Of a stretch of DNA of 64,000 nt, positions 26,357 through 35,057 are shown in pieces. The stretch's first letter is position 1; the number at the start of each line of letters is the position of its first letter. Position numbers and translations under genes: made by a program. The notes beneath the pieces are model-generated. The model worked only from the letters and a program-made list of their open reading frames with translations. It was not told the origin of the DNA and made no database searches. Origin of the DNA: Eubacteriales bacterium (lineage in GTDB: Bacteria; Bacillota; Clostridia; Oscillospirales; CAG-272). The DNA lies in the NCBI GenBank assembly GCA_045586845.1, contig JAZNBB010000058.1, positions 6,532 to 70,531 of the forward strand, read 5' to 3'.

Positions 26357-27499
26357 ATGAAATATTTGTCAGTAGCGGCTTTGCTTGTCGCACTGCTTTT
26401 GCTTTGCTCCTGCACTTCGGTGCAAACTATGCTGGAGCAAGAAACTGCCGATCTCACCCCGCCCGCCAAGGACACGGTGGATCTGCTTGACATTCCCGAT
26501 TATCTTGCCATGCCGCTTGACGATTACGTCACGCTGGGCGCATACACGGGTATGACTGTCAGCATCGATTCCATCAGCGTCACCGATGCGCAGGTCAACG
26601 AGGCGATCGAGGGCATCAAAACGCTCAACGGACTTTATGAGAAGATCACCACTCGCGCCGCCAAATGGGGTGATGTGCTCTTTCTTTCCTATACCTCCAT
26701 GTCCTCGGACGGCGGTACGGGTGTTGGTGAGGTGGACGTAGAGGTTGCACTTGCAGAAGATAGTGACTATCCCTCAGATTTTGTGGAAGGACTTGTGGGG
26801 GCGCCCTGCGGTATTCCCGTAGCTGTGACCGTCGAGGGTGAGAATGACGTGCTGACTACCTATACTGTGACAGTTTCCTATATCAAGGGCGATTATGCCG
26901 AGCTGACCGACGCGTTTGTGACTGAGTATACGAAAGGCGCGTGCACCAAGGCGGATGAGTTTTTTTCCTACTACAAGGAACAGCTTTGGAACGAAAAGTA
27001 TTACGACGTGGTCTATGACGCGTTGTGGGAGACTTGCGAGGCAAGCTGTAAGGCAAACGTTGTACCGGACGAAGCAGTGAGCTATTATCTGCAATCCATG
27101 GAGGATTATTATCGCCGTATGGCACGCGTAAACGGCGTTTCCTACGAAGCGGTGTTGGCTGCCTTTGATCTGGACGAGATCAAGATGATGAACCTGTCCT
27201 ACGGATATGCCGAAAAGGATATGATCTTTTACGCCATCGTTGCAGATGCGGAACTGCAGATTTCCGAGCAGCAGTATACCGATGCACTTTTGGAGTATGC
27301 TGCCAAGTATTTTGACAACTACGCCGCAGGCGTAGGCAAGGGAAGCGGACAGGGCGGCAAAGTGACAGTCGAGGACGTCGCGGCTTATCTGGACGCAGAG
27401 CAGAGAAACATCATCAAGGAGCTTTGCTATGACGAGCTGCTTTACGATTACCTGTACGAAAACAATCACATCATGATGGGCGACGTGCCCATGAATTAA
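26357..27499 (+). CDS. putative lipoprotein, function unknown (weak trigger-factor/chaperone-like resemblance)
   Basis: Has a signal peptide with lipobox LLLCSC. The acidic mature protein has no catalytic motif I can name. Confidence 0.5.
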   Translation: MKYLSVAALLVALLLLCSCTSVQTMLEQETADLTPPAKDTVDLLDIPDYLAMPLDDYVTLGAYTGMTVSIDSISVTDAQVNEAIEGIKTLNGLYEKITTRAAKWGDVLFLSYTSMSSDGGTGVGEVDVEVALAEDSDYPSDFVEGLVGAPCGIPVAVTVEGENDVLTTYTVTVSYIKGDYAELTDAFVTEYTKGACTKADEFFSYYKEQLWNEKYYDVVYDALWETCEASCKANVVPDEAVSYYLQSMEDYYRRMARVNGVSYEAVLAAFDLDEIKMMNLSYGYAEKDMIFYAIVADAELQISEQQYTDALLEYAAKYFDNYAAGVGKGSGQGGKVTVEDVAAYLDAEQRNIIKELCYDELLYDYLYENNHIMMGDVPMN

Positions 27500-27513
27500 A
27501 GAAACAATGATAA

Positions 27514-27545
27514 AACGCCATTACGAGAAGTAGTGGCGTTTTTTC
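27514..27545 (+). terminator. rho-independent terminator
   Basis: AACGCCATTAC-gagaa-GTAGTGGCGTT followed by TTTTT. Confidence 0.7.
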
Positions 27546-27598
27546 GTAGAGAAAGCTTGTTGTTTTTGAAAATTTACAGGCTTATTTTTCTTCTTTTG

Positions 27599-27627
27599 TT
27601 GACAAAACCATGTTTCGAGCGTATAAT
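27599..27627 (+). promoter_or_regulatory. sigma-A type promoter (TTGACA-17-TATAAT) for the LRR lipoprotein gene
   Basis: Perfect consensus hexamers with a 17-nt spacer, about 45 nt upstream of the ATG. Confidence 0.6.
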
Positions 27628-27671
27628 TGGTTATGTAATCAAAGTGAATTATGGGGTGATAGGAAAGGAAA

Positions 27672-30011
27672 ATGAACATGAAAAGAAATGCATTCATATT
27701 ATTTGCTCTGCTATTGGCAATCACTATGCTGTTTGCTGCGTGCGATCAAGGCGAAGGTCAAGAAGAAATTACCAATGAAGTGATTGTTGGTGGTGACATC
27801 GTTACCGAGGAAGATGCCACAACGGATAATGGCGAAAACGCTGAGCCTGATGCGACAACTGAAGATCCCAACCAGCCGCACGAGCACGCATTTGGCGAGT
27901 GGACAACGGTCAAGGCGGCAACCTGCACGCAGGCAGGTAAGCAAGAGCGCATTTGTTCATGTGGCAAAAAAGAAAAAATGACTCTTGATGCACTCGGTCA
28001 TGCCGAAGTGATTGATGCGGCGGTAGAACCGACGTGCTCTGAGCAGGGATTAACAGAAGGCAAACATTGCGCTAATTGTGATACGGTATTTGTGGCGCAG
28101 GAGGTAATGCCTGCAACGGGAGAGCATGTGTATGTTAATGAAGTATGTCAGGGTTGCTCGGCGAAACTGCAATACAGTGAAGGCTTGGTGTTTGTATCAA
28201 ATGGTGATGGCACTTGTTACGTCAGTGATATTGGTTCCTGTACAGATACGGATATTGTGATTCCGAAACGTTCTCCTCTTGGCGATAGCGTGACGAGCAT
28301 TGGATCTTTGGCGTTCGATAACTGCGTTGGAATGGTAAGCATCACTATCCCTGATAGCGTGACAAGTATTGGCACTCAAGCATTCTACAATTGTACCGGC
28401 TTGAAGCGTATAACTATTCCGGATAGTGTGACAAGCATTGGCTGGAGTGCATTTTCTGACTGTACCGGTTTGACGCGTATTACCATTCCGGATAGCGTGG
28501 TAGACATTAATACCGGTGCATTCTCCAACTGCACCGGCTTAACGAGCGCTATCATTGGCGACAGCGTGATAAGTATTGGTATTGATGCATTCTGGCATTG
28601 CCGCAGCTTGACGAGCATTACGATTCCGGATAGCGTGACGAGCATTGGCAATAGCGCGTTCGGTGGCTGCACCGGCTTGATGAGTATTACCATTGGTGAT
28701 AGCGTGACGAGCATTGGCAATAGAGCGTTCGAAGGATGCACCGGTTTGACGCGTATTACCATTCCGGATGGTGTGACGAGCATAGGATATTCTGCGTTCG
28801 AAGGATGCACCGGCTTGACGAGCATTACTATTCCGGATAGCGTAACGAGCATTGCTTGTCCGGATAGCATGACAATTGTTGGCGATGGGGTGTTCTCAGG
28901 TTGCACCAGGTTGACAAGCTTAATTGTTTCGGAAGGAAACACTACTTATCACAGCGCAGGGAATTGCATTATTGAAACGGAAAGCAAAACCTTGGTTGCC
29001 GGATGCAATACGAGCATTATTCCTGCGGACGGTAGTGTGACAAGCATTGGTGCATTTGCGTTCTCCGGCTGCGAGGGTTTGACAAGTGTTACCATTCCGG
29101 ATGGCGTGACAAGCATTGGCATTAAAGCGTTCTCTATCTGCAAAGGCTTGACAAGTGTTACCATTCCGGATAGTGTGACAAGTATTGATACTCGTGCGTT
29201 CGATTTCTGCACAGGATTGACGAGCATTGCCATTCCGGATAGTGTGACAAGCCTTGGAGCATTTGTGTTCGAAGGGAGTTATGACCTCATTCGAAAAGAG
29301 CAGGGCGTTAGCTATGTGGATGGTTGGGTGGTGGATTGCGACTCTAATGTTACAACAGTTGACTTAACTGGCACGAGAGGCATAGCTGCATCAGCGTTTT
29401 ATGGGTGCAACTTGACGAGTATTGCTATTCCGGATAGTGTGATAAGCATTGGTGATAGGGCGTTTGAACGTTGTACAGGCATGACGAGTGTTACCATTGG
29501 AAACGGTGTGACAATGATTGGCGAGTATGCGTTCTCCGACTGTACCGAATTGACGAGTGTTACCATTGGAAACGGTGTGACAATGATTGGCAAGTATGCG
29601 TTCTCCGACTGTACCGGCTTGACGAACATCACGATTTCGGATAGCGTGGCAAGCATTGGTGATTCAGCGTTCAAGGGGTGCACAAATATGACGAGTATTA
29701 CTATTCCGGGCAATGTGACAAGTATCGGTGATTGGGCGTTTAAAGGTTGCACAAGTATGACGAGTGCTACCATTGGAAACGGTGTGACAATGATTGGCAA
29801 GTTTGCGTTCTCCGACTGTACCGGCTTGACGAACATCACGATTTCGGATAGCGTGACAAACATTGGATTTGCTGCGTTTTCTGACTGCACCGCCTTGACC
29901 GACGTGTATTTCACCGGTACCGAGCAAGAATGGGCTGCAATTGAGCTTGGAGACTTCAACGACGCTCTTTCAACCGCCACCATCCACTACAACTACGTTC
30001 CCGAAGAATAA
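27672..30011 (+). CDS. surface lipoprotein with BspA-type leucine-rich repeats
   Basis: A signal peptide with lipobox LFAAC is followed by a Cys-rich segment. Then come about 25 repeats of about 23 aa of the form ITIPDSVTSIGxxAFxxCTGLTS. Confidence 0.8.
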   Translation: MNMKRNAFILFALLLAITMLFAACDQGEGQEEITNEVIVGGDIVTEEDATTDNGENAEPDATTEDPNQPHEHAFGEWTTVKAATCTQAGKQERICSCGKKEKMTLDALGHAEVIDAAVEPTCSEQGLTEGKHCANCDTVFVAQEVMPATGEHVYVNEVCQGCSAKLQYSEGLVFVSNGDGTCYVSDIGSCTDTDIVIPKRSPLGDSVTSIGSLAFDNCVGMVSITIPDSVTSIGTQAFYNCTGLKRITIPDSVTSIGWSAFSDCTGLTRITIPDSVVDINTGAFSNCTGLTSAIIGDSVISIGIDAFWHCRSLTSITIPDSVTSIGNSAFGGCTGLMSITIGDSVTSIGNRAFEGCTGLTRITIPDGVTSIGYSAFEGCTGLTSITIPDSVTSIACPDSMTIVGDGVFSGCTRLTSLIVSEGNTTYHSAGNCIIETESKTLVAGCNTSIIPADGSVTSIGAFAFSGCEGLTSVTIPDGVTSIGIKAFSICKGLTSVTIPDSVTSIDTRAFDFCTGLTSIAIPDSVTSLGAFVFEGSYDLIRKEQGVSYVDGWVVDCDSNVTTVDLTGTRGIAASAFYGCNLTSIAIPDSVISIGDRAFERCTGMTSVTIGNGVTMIGEYAFSDCTELTSVTIGNGVTMIGKYAFSDCTGLTNITISDSVASIGDSAFKGCTNMTSITIPGNVTSIGDWAFKGCTSMTSATIGNGVTMIGKFAFSDCTGLTNITISDSVTNIGFAAFSDCTALTDVYFTGTEQEWAAIELGDFNDALSTATIHYNYVPEE
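29482..29856 (+). repeat. near-identical in-frame DNA repeats inside the LRR gene (69-bp tandem; 207-bp displaced copy)
   Basis: Three copies starting at 29482, 29551 and 29758 share tgacgagtg(t/c)taccattggaaacggtgtgacaatgattggc(a/g)agt(a/t)tgcgttctccgactgtacc. Copies 2 and 3 continue identically through ggcttgacgaacatcacgatttcggatagcgtg. Confidence 0.8.
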
Positions 30012-30070
30012 TCAAACATAAAGCAAATCCGCACCGACGGGGCGGATAAATTAACGAAAAAATCGTACAA

Positions 30071-30110
30071 ATCAAGGACTGTATCACTTGGATGCAGTCC
30101 TTGATTTTTT
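30071..30110 (+). terminator. rho-independent terminator after the LRR gene
   Basis: ATCAAGGACTG-(loop)-CAGTCCTTGAT followed by TTTTTT. Confidence 0.75.
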
Positions 30111-30130
30111 ATAAATAGTTGTTGCAAGCG

Positions 30131-30154
30131 CGGGCGATCACAGATCGCCCCTAC
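30131..30154. repeat. GTAG-headed palindromic unit (type B), reverse orientation
   Basis: CGGGCGATCACAGATCGCCCCTAC is the exact reverse complement of the unit at 30205-30228. Confidence 0.8.
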
Positions 30155-30204
30155 AACAGCTTTTGTTTTGGGCTTTATCTCGTAAAATCCATACAGAATT
30201 TCCC

Positions 30205-30228
30205 GTAGGGGCGATCTGTGATCGCCCG
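30205..30228. repeat. GTAG-headed palindromic unit (type B), forward orientation
   Basis: GTAGGGGCGATCTGTGATCGCCCG forms a perfect 24-bp inverted doublet with 30131-30154, separated by a 50-bp spacer. Confidence 0.8.
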
Positions 30229-30249
30229 TTTTTTATATAAAGAACTTAT

Positions 30250-32649
30250 TTACTCTGCGGTAAATACCACTATCCCGTCCTCCACGCTTGCCGTGACACG
30301 CTCTCCCGGCTTGATCTTTTCCTCCAACAACGCATTGGCAAATGCGTCCTCGACGCATTCGGTGATCACGCGGCGCAGCTCGCGTGCGCCTTTTTCGGGT
30401 GCATAGCCTATCTTTGCCACGTGCAGGGCAACGCTTTTGTCAAATTCCAGCGTTACGCCAAGGGCTTTTGCGCGTCCCGAAACCTCGTCAAGCATAGTAC
30501 GGGCAATTTGGGCTGCGTGCTCCTCTGTAAGATCGGCAAATACGATGACCTTATCCACTCTGCCCAGAAATTCGGCAGGGAACAGCTCGCGCAATGCCGT
30601 GCGCATCTGCTCGTCCGCCTGTGTGCGCTCGTTTGCCGAAAAGCCGATGCTGCGGCTGCGTTTGCCCGCGCCCGCATTGCTCGTCATGATAATGACTGTG
30701 TTGGAAAAATCCACGCGTCGCCCCTGACTGTCGCGCAGCGTGCCGTCGTCCAGCACCTGCAAAAGCAGGTGAAACACGTCGGGGTGTGCCTTTTCGATTT
30801 CGTCAAAAAGCAGAACACTGTAGGGTGCACGCCGCACGCGCTCGGTCAACTGTCCGCCCTGTTCATATCCAACGTAGCCGGGCGGTGAGCCGATCAGTTT
30901 TGATGCGCTGTGCTTTTCCATATATTCGGACATATCAAGGCGGATCATGGCACTGTCCGTACCGAACAGCGCATACGCAAGTGCCTTGCACATCAGTGTT
31001 TTGCCAACGCCTGTGTGTCCGAGAAACACGAAGGAGCCGATGGGGCGTCCCTCTTGCTTCATGCCGGTTCTTGAGCGTTTGATAGCAGCCGCCACCGCTC
31101 GCGCCGCCTGTTCCTGTCCGATCACGCGTGCGCACAGTTCATCCTCAAGCAACAACAATCGTTCGCGCTCCGAGCGTAAAAGTCCAGTAACCGGGATTTG
31201 CGTCCACTGTGTCACCACTTCTGCGATCTCGCGTTCAGTTACGGTGGGTGTACTGAGTACTTGATCCGTATGCAGCTGTGATTGCAGCTGTGTAAGCCGC
31301 CCTTCTGCGTAGATCTCGCGCTCACGTATCTCAGCAGCGCGTGAAAAGTCCTGTTCTGTCACGGCTTGCTCCTTTTGTGCAGCAAGATCGGCAAGTTCTG
31401 ATTGCAGCGATTTGATCTCTGGGGAGGCTTTGCAAAGCGAGAGACGCAGCCGTGCCGCTGCTTCATCAACCAGATCGATCGCTTTGTCCGGCAAAAATCT
31501 GTCCGTGATATACCGCTGTGACATGCTCACAGCAGCCTGCAGCGCTCCATCCGATATGGCAAGCGCATGATGCTCCTGATAGCGTGGACGCAGCCCTTTG
31601 AGTATTTCCATAGTTTGCTCGGCGTTTGGTTCTTTGATCAGCACTGATTGAAACCTACGCTCCAACGCGGCATCCTTTTCGATATAGCGACGGTATTCCG
31701 AAAGTGTAGTTGCGCCGATGACCTGCATTTCACCGCGCGCGAGGGCAGGCTTGATAATATTTGCTGCATCCACCGCGCCCTCGGCGGCACCTGCACCGAT
31801 AATGGTGTGGATCTCGTCGATAAACAAAATGATATCAGGATCTTGAGAGGCACGCTGCAGCACTGCTTTGAACCGTTCTTCAAATTCGCCGCGGTATTTT
31901 GCACCTGCGATCATGGAAGCAAGGTCAAGCGAGATGATCTGCTTGTGCACCAAATTCTCCGGGACCTCACCTGCTGCAATGCGTTGCGCAAGCCCCTCCA
32001 CCACGGCAGTTTTGCCTACGCCGGGCTCCCCGATCAGACAAGGATTGTTTTTTTGCTTGCGGGAAAGTATTTGAATCACGCGCGCACTCTCCTCGTCACG
32101 TCCGATTACAGGGTCGGGGGTGCCCGTCATGGCGATGGCGGTCAGATCTTTGCCGAACCCTTGTAAAACGCCTTCGGTTTTGTCTTTGCCACGTGACTGT
32201 TTGCCGCCTTTTTTTGCGCTGTTCATAAAACTATGACAATCCGAGATCAACTCAGAGGTGGGAATACCCATGCCGTCAAGGATCCGTGAGGCAACCGCGT
32301 CGTGCTCATTGCAAATTGCCAAGAGCAAGTGCTCTGTGCCGATATAGGTTTGTGTACTGCCTGCACATTCGCGCGCTGCACCCTCAATGATCTTGCGCAA
32401 CCGCGGCGTCATGTCTTCGGGGGAAACAACCGAATAAGAGCCAACGCCTGTCAGCGATGCAACCGCATCGCGCACGCGTGACAGATCAGCCCCGCGGGCT
32501 TGTAAAAGTTTGGCGGCAACGCAGTCGCTCTCGCCCACAAGCCCCATGAGTAAATGCTCCGAGCCAATATAGGTGTGTCCCAACTCGGCGGCGTATTTTT
32601 GTGAAAGTCCCAGCGCATTCTGCGCCTTTTTGGTGAATTTGGTGTTCAT
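30250..32649 (-). CDS. clpC: ATP-dependent Clp protease ATP-binding subunit ClpC
   Basis: Has N-terminal Clp repeat domains, two Walker A motifs ([16 protein letters not shown]) and a UVR-like linker, and follows mcsA-mcsB. Confidence 0.92.
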   Translation of the reverse strand: MNTKFTKKAQNALGLSQKYAAELGHTYIGSEHLLMGLVGESDCVAAKLLQARGADLSRVRDAVASLTGVGSYSVVSPEDMTPRLRKIIEGAARECAGSTQTYIGTEHLLLAICNEHDAVASRILDGMGIPTSELISDCHSFMNSAKKGGKQSRGKDKTEGVLQGFGKDLTAIAMTGTPDPVIGRDEESARVIQILSRKQKNNPCLIGEPGVGKTAVVEGLAQRIAAGEVPENLVHKQIISLDLASMIAGAKYRGEFEERFKAVLQRASQDPDIILFIDEIHTIIGAGAAEGAVDAANIIKPALARGEMQVIGATTLSEYRRYIEKDAALERRFQSVLIKEPNAEQTMEILKGLRPRYQEHHALAISDGALQAAVSMSQRYITDRFLPDKAIDLVDEAAARLRLSLCKASPEIKSLQSELADLAAQKEQAVTEQDFSRAAEIREREIYAEGRLTQLQSQLHTDQVLSTPTVTEREIAEVVTQWTQIPVTGLLRSERERLLLLEDELCARVIGQEQAARAVAAAIKRSRTGMKQEGRPIGSFVFLGHTGVGKTLMCKALAYALFGTDSAMIRLDMSEYMEKHSASKLIGSPPGYVGYEQGGQLTERVRRAPYSVLLFDEIEKAHPDVFHLLLQVLDDGTLRDSQGRRVDFSNTVIIMTSNAGAGKRSRSIGFSANERTQADEQMRTALRELFPAEFLGRVDKVIVFADLTEEHAAQIARTMLDEVSGRAKALGVTLEFDKSVALHVAKIGYAPEKGARELRRVITECVEDAFANALLEEKIKPGERVTASVEDGIVVFTAE

Positions 32650-32670
32650 TTATCTTCCTTTTCAGTGTTT

Positions 32671-33678
32671 TTATGCGCCCAGACGCTGTTTGACTAGCGC
32701 AGCACGGAACAGATCTCGCTCCTGCGCGGTGCGCAATGGCTGCTCGGCAGCGAGCGTCATGGTGCAGGGCATAATTTCAACCAACAGAGTGTTGAGCAGA
32801 TCAGGGGCAATATTCTGTAGTATGCCCAGACTGATGCCAAATCTCACATCAGCGGACAGATTCAGAAATTCGTCTGCGCCAAGCAGATGCGCACTGCCCA
32901 AAATAGCGCGTGCGCGCATGGCACGGTCGGTCAGATACGCGGCACGCTCCTCCTTGGCGCGATCGCACAGCTTGCGCTCGCTGTCCAGGATCTGGCGTGT
33001 GGTGTCCTCCATGCGCTCCAGCATCTCTTGTTCTCCAACGCGCAGTGAGGAGCGGCAGGAAAGCATATACAGGCAATTCTGCGTCTGTGTGCCGCTCATC
33101 ATGGGGCGCAGAGAGATGCCCAGTCCCGAGAGCTTGACCGAGAGCGGCTCTATCTGCGCGTGCAGTGTCAGTGCCGGCAAAAACAGCAGGGCGTATGCGC
33201 GCATAGCCGTGCCGCATTCCAAGGGATCAGAGCAAAGATAGCCAAGGCTACCGTCAAAGGCGTAAGCCTCCTTTTCGTCAATCAGGTCGTCCATCTTAAA
33301 TGCGTTCGCCGCTGCATCGTGCAGCGAAAGCCCGGGCAGTGTGCAGCAGATCTGTACATGATCCTTTCCGCCCAGCATGACAGAGAGATTACAGGGCTCA
33401 TTGAGCAGCAGGGCGTGCGGTAGGCTGATCGAAGCAAATTCTCGTGTCACATAGTATTTTTCCGCATAAGATGCGGCTGCCGTGGGAGAAATGTCCGAAA
33501 AATTGATCATAGAAAAGCCATTGCTTTCCAGCATACCGCCCACGCCCGCAATGATCTCAGCCGCTTGTTTGGGCGATATGCGTTGTGAGAAGGGGTATTT
33601 TTCCAAGTTTCTCGATAGTGTGATGCGCGAGAAGATTACGGTGTCGTTTTCATATCCGGGTGTGTTGTACCAAGCCAT
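32671..33678 (-). CDS. mcsB: protein arginine kinase McsB
   Basis: Has an ATP:guanido phosphotransferase-like fold (SRITLSRNL..YPF, ...DHVQI...) and sits between mcsA and clpC. Confidence 0.85.
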   Translation of the reverse strand: MAWYNTPGYENDTVIFSRITLSRNLEKYPFSQRISPKQAAEIIAGVGGMLESNGFSMINFSDISPTAAASYAEKYYVTREFASISLPHALLLNEPCNLSVMLGGKDHVQICCTLPGLSLHDAAANAFKMDDLIDEKEAYAFDGSLGYLCSDPLECGTAMRAYALLFLPALTLHAQIEPLSVKLSGLGISLRPMMSGTQTQNCLYMLSCRSSLRVGEQEMLERMEDTTRQILDSERKLCDRAKEERAAYLTDRAMRARAILGSAHLLGADEFLNLSADVRFGISLGILQNIAPDLLNTLLVEIMPCTMTLAAEQPLRTAQERDLFRAALVKQRLGA

Positions 33679-33697
33679 TTTCGTCTTTCTCCTTTAC

Positions 33698-34243
33698 TCA
33701 AATCTGCGCCTTGAGCGTATGTATCTGGTCGCGGAGCAGCGCCGCGGTCTCAAAATCCTCGGCAAGCACCGCCTGCTTCATTTGTTCACGGAGCAGTGCG
33801 GCACGAGCCTCTCTTTCACGACGCAGCCTGAAATTACGCGGCATGCGTCCGGGGTAGGGCGTGCCCTCGGGCAGTGCGTGCAATGAGCCCGATATTTCGT
33901 CTCGAAAGGTCTTGTAGCAAGCAGCGCATCCCACGCTGCCGCTCTCAGCAATACCCGCCAAGGTCGAGGAGCAAACGGGGCAGGTGCGCACGGCGGCAAT
34001 GTTGTGCGGTACGGTAATACCGCAAAGATTGCCAAACATGGCGCTTTCACTGCACCCGAACGCAGAGGACGCCGAGGGAATGCGCACATCCTCCAGTTCA
34101 CCTGTACGGCGCATAGCCTCTGCACAGTCGGCACAAAGTGAGCAGGAGCGCGTTTTTCCGCCTAAGTTTTCGTTGTAGAAGACCGTAGCCTTTTTCTTTT
34201 TACATTTTTCACATAGCATAAAAGAGAGTCCTTTCTTTTTCAT
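33698..34243 (-). CDS. mcsA: McsA-like activator of McsB (zinc fingers plus UVR motif)
   Basis: Has repeated CxxC pairs (CEKC, CSLCADC, CPVC, CAAC) and a C-terminal UVR-like AEDFETAALLRDQI. The start is uncertain: either ATG 34243 or the MLCEKC ATG 24 nt downstream. Confidence 0.7.
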   Translation of the reverse strand: MKKKGLSFMLCEKCKKKKATVFYNENLGGKTRSCSLCADCAEAMRRTGELEDVRIPSASSAFGCSESAMFGNLCGITVPHNIAAVRTCPVCSSTLAGIAESGSVGCAACYKTFRDEISGSLHALPEGTPYPGRMPRNFRLRREREARAALLREQMKQAVLAEDFETAALLRDQIHTLKAQI

Positions 34244-34262
34244 TTAGATAGCTTCATTATAA

Positions 34263-34298
34263 ACGCCCCGATGCGAAAAACGTGTCGCATCGGGGCGT
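34263..34298 (-). terminator. stem-loop terminator after the PG-binding gene
   Basis: ACGCCCCGATGCGA-(loop)-TCGCATCGGGGCGT forms a 14-bp stem. On the minus strand it is followed by TTTAT. Confidence 0.6.
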
Positions 34299-34307
34299 GT
34301 GGAAAAT

Positions 34308-34847
34308 TTATTCTGCTTCGCTTCCAAAGGGCAGGGCGTTGAAGCGGTCTGCAATGGCGTTCCAGGTCAGAATGTCCACAAGACCGTTTTGCTCCATGCC
34401 GAGATAGCCCTGCATTTGGCGCACAGCCTCTGCGGTGGTGGCATCGTACCTTCCCGTCACCTCAGGCGGCGTGAGCAGATAGAGCAGCGTCAGCTCTCCA
34501 AGCATGTATTGCAATACAGCGACGTCAATGCCCACTGCACCGAGGTCGAGATATCCTCCGGGCGGTGTTTGCAAAAACAGGGAAACCGGTGTGGGCGGTG
34601 AATACAGCGCAAGCGATGCCAGGTAATCGGCGTAAAGCCTTTCCCAGGTAACACGGTCTGCCGTGCCGGTCACAGGAAGACCTGCCGTACGTTGATAGTC
34701 GGACAACGCATTACGCGTGGCAGACTCAAAAATGCCATCTACCGGCACTTGACCGATGCCCTCGGTATGATAAGCAAGCTGTCGCAGATACCGTTGCAGA
34801 TTGGCAACGGCGGGCGAATAATTGGGATGATTGCTTTGATCGGGCAT
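34308..34847 (-). CDS. peptidoglycan-binding domain (PG_binding_1) protein
   Basis: Contains two copies of the LQ.YL......G.....DG.F...T..A...FQ...GL...G......TW pattern. I place the start at MPDQSNH, which follows RBS aaaggag. Confidence 0.65.
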   Translation of the reverse strand: MPDQSNHPNYSPAVANLQRYLRQLAYHTEGIGQVPVDGIFESATRNALSDYQRTAGLPVTGTADRVTWERLYADYLASLALYSPPTPVSLFLQTPPGGYLDLGAVGIDVAVLQYMLGELTLLYLLTPPEVTGRYDATTAEAVRQMQGYLGMEQNGLVDILTWNAIADRFNALPFGSEAE

Positions 34848-34934
34848 AATTGCTCCTTTCATACATTCAAAGCTGATAAATTATAAGATATTATGAAGAA
34901 TTGAAATTTGCCATAAAGCAAATTTTTCCGCAAC

Positions 34935-35031
34935 GTTCCGCCCGTGGCGGAACATATCACTCGCGCGTAGCGCGAATATCACTTTTGCGATAGCAAAAAT
35001 ATCACATATCGCCTACGGCGAAATATATCAC
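34935..35031. repeat. four tandem units of variable short hairpin followed by ATATCAC
   Basis: The four hairpins are GTTCCGC-ccgtg-GCGGAAC, CGCGC-gta-GCGCG, TTTTGC-gata-GCAAAA and TCGCC-tac-GGCGA. Each is followed by (A)ATATCAC, at 34954, 34976, 34999 and 35025, a spacing of 22-26 bp. Confidence 0.8.
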
Positions 35032-35032
35032 T

Positions 35033-35057
35033 GCAATGAAAGCATGGCTTTCATTGC
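35033..35057 (-). terminator. stem-loop overlapping the stop codon of the upstream PG-binding gene
   Basis: GCAATGAAAGC-atg-GCTTTCATTGC forms a perfect 11-bp stem that includes the TGA stop at 35051-35053 (minus strand). Confidence 0.5.

Noticed and set aside
28385-29983. Minus-strand ORFs inside the LRR gene (28385-28942, 28949-29233, 29399-29983) with their own periodic sequence.
   Set aside because: Their periodicity is just the reverse-complement reading of the 69-bp LRR repeat. The plus-strand frame gives a canonical BspA-type LRR protein with signal peptide, promoter and terminator.
34244-34307. Search for a CtsR operator (tandem GGTCAAA) and for a short ctsR-like ORF upstream of mcsA.
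   Set aside because: No such repeat or ORF is present. The spacer is occupied by the terminator of the upstream gene and a TATAAT box. The absence is reported as a finding rather than as a feature.
34935-35031. CRISPR-like reading of the hairpin/ATATCAC array (conserved word alternating with variable segments).
   Set aside because: The conserved element is only 7-8 nt and the variable parts are 13-19 nt and self-complementary. That is far below CRISPR repeat and spacer sizes. No cas genes are present in the window.
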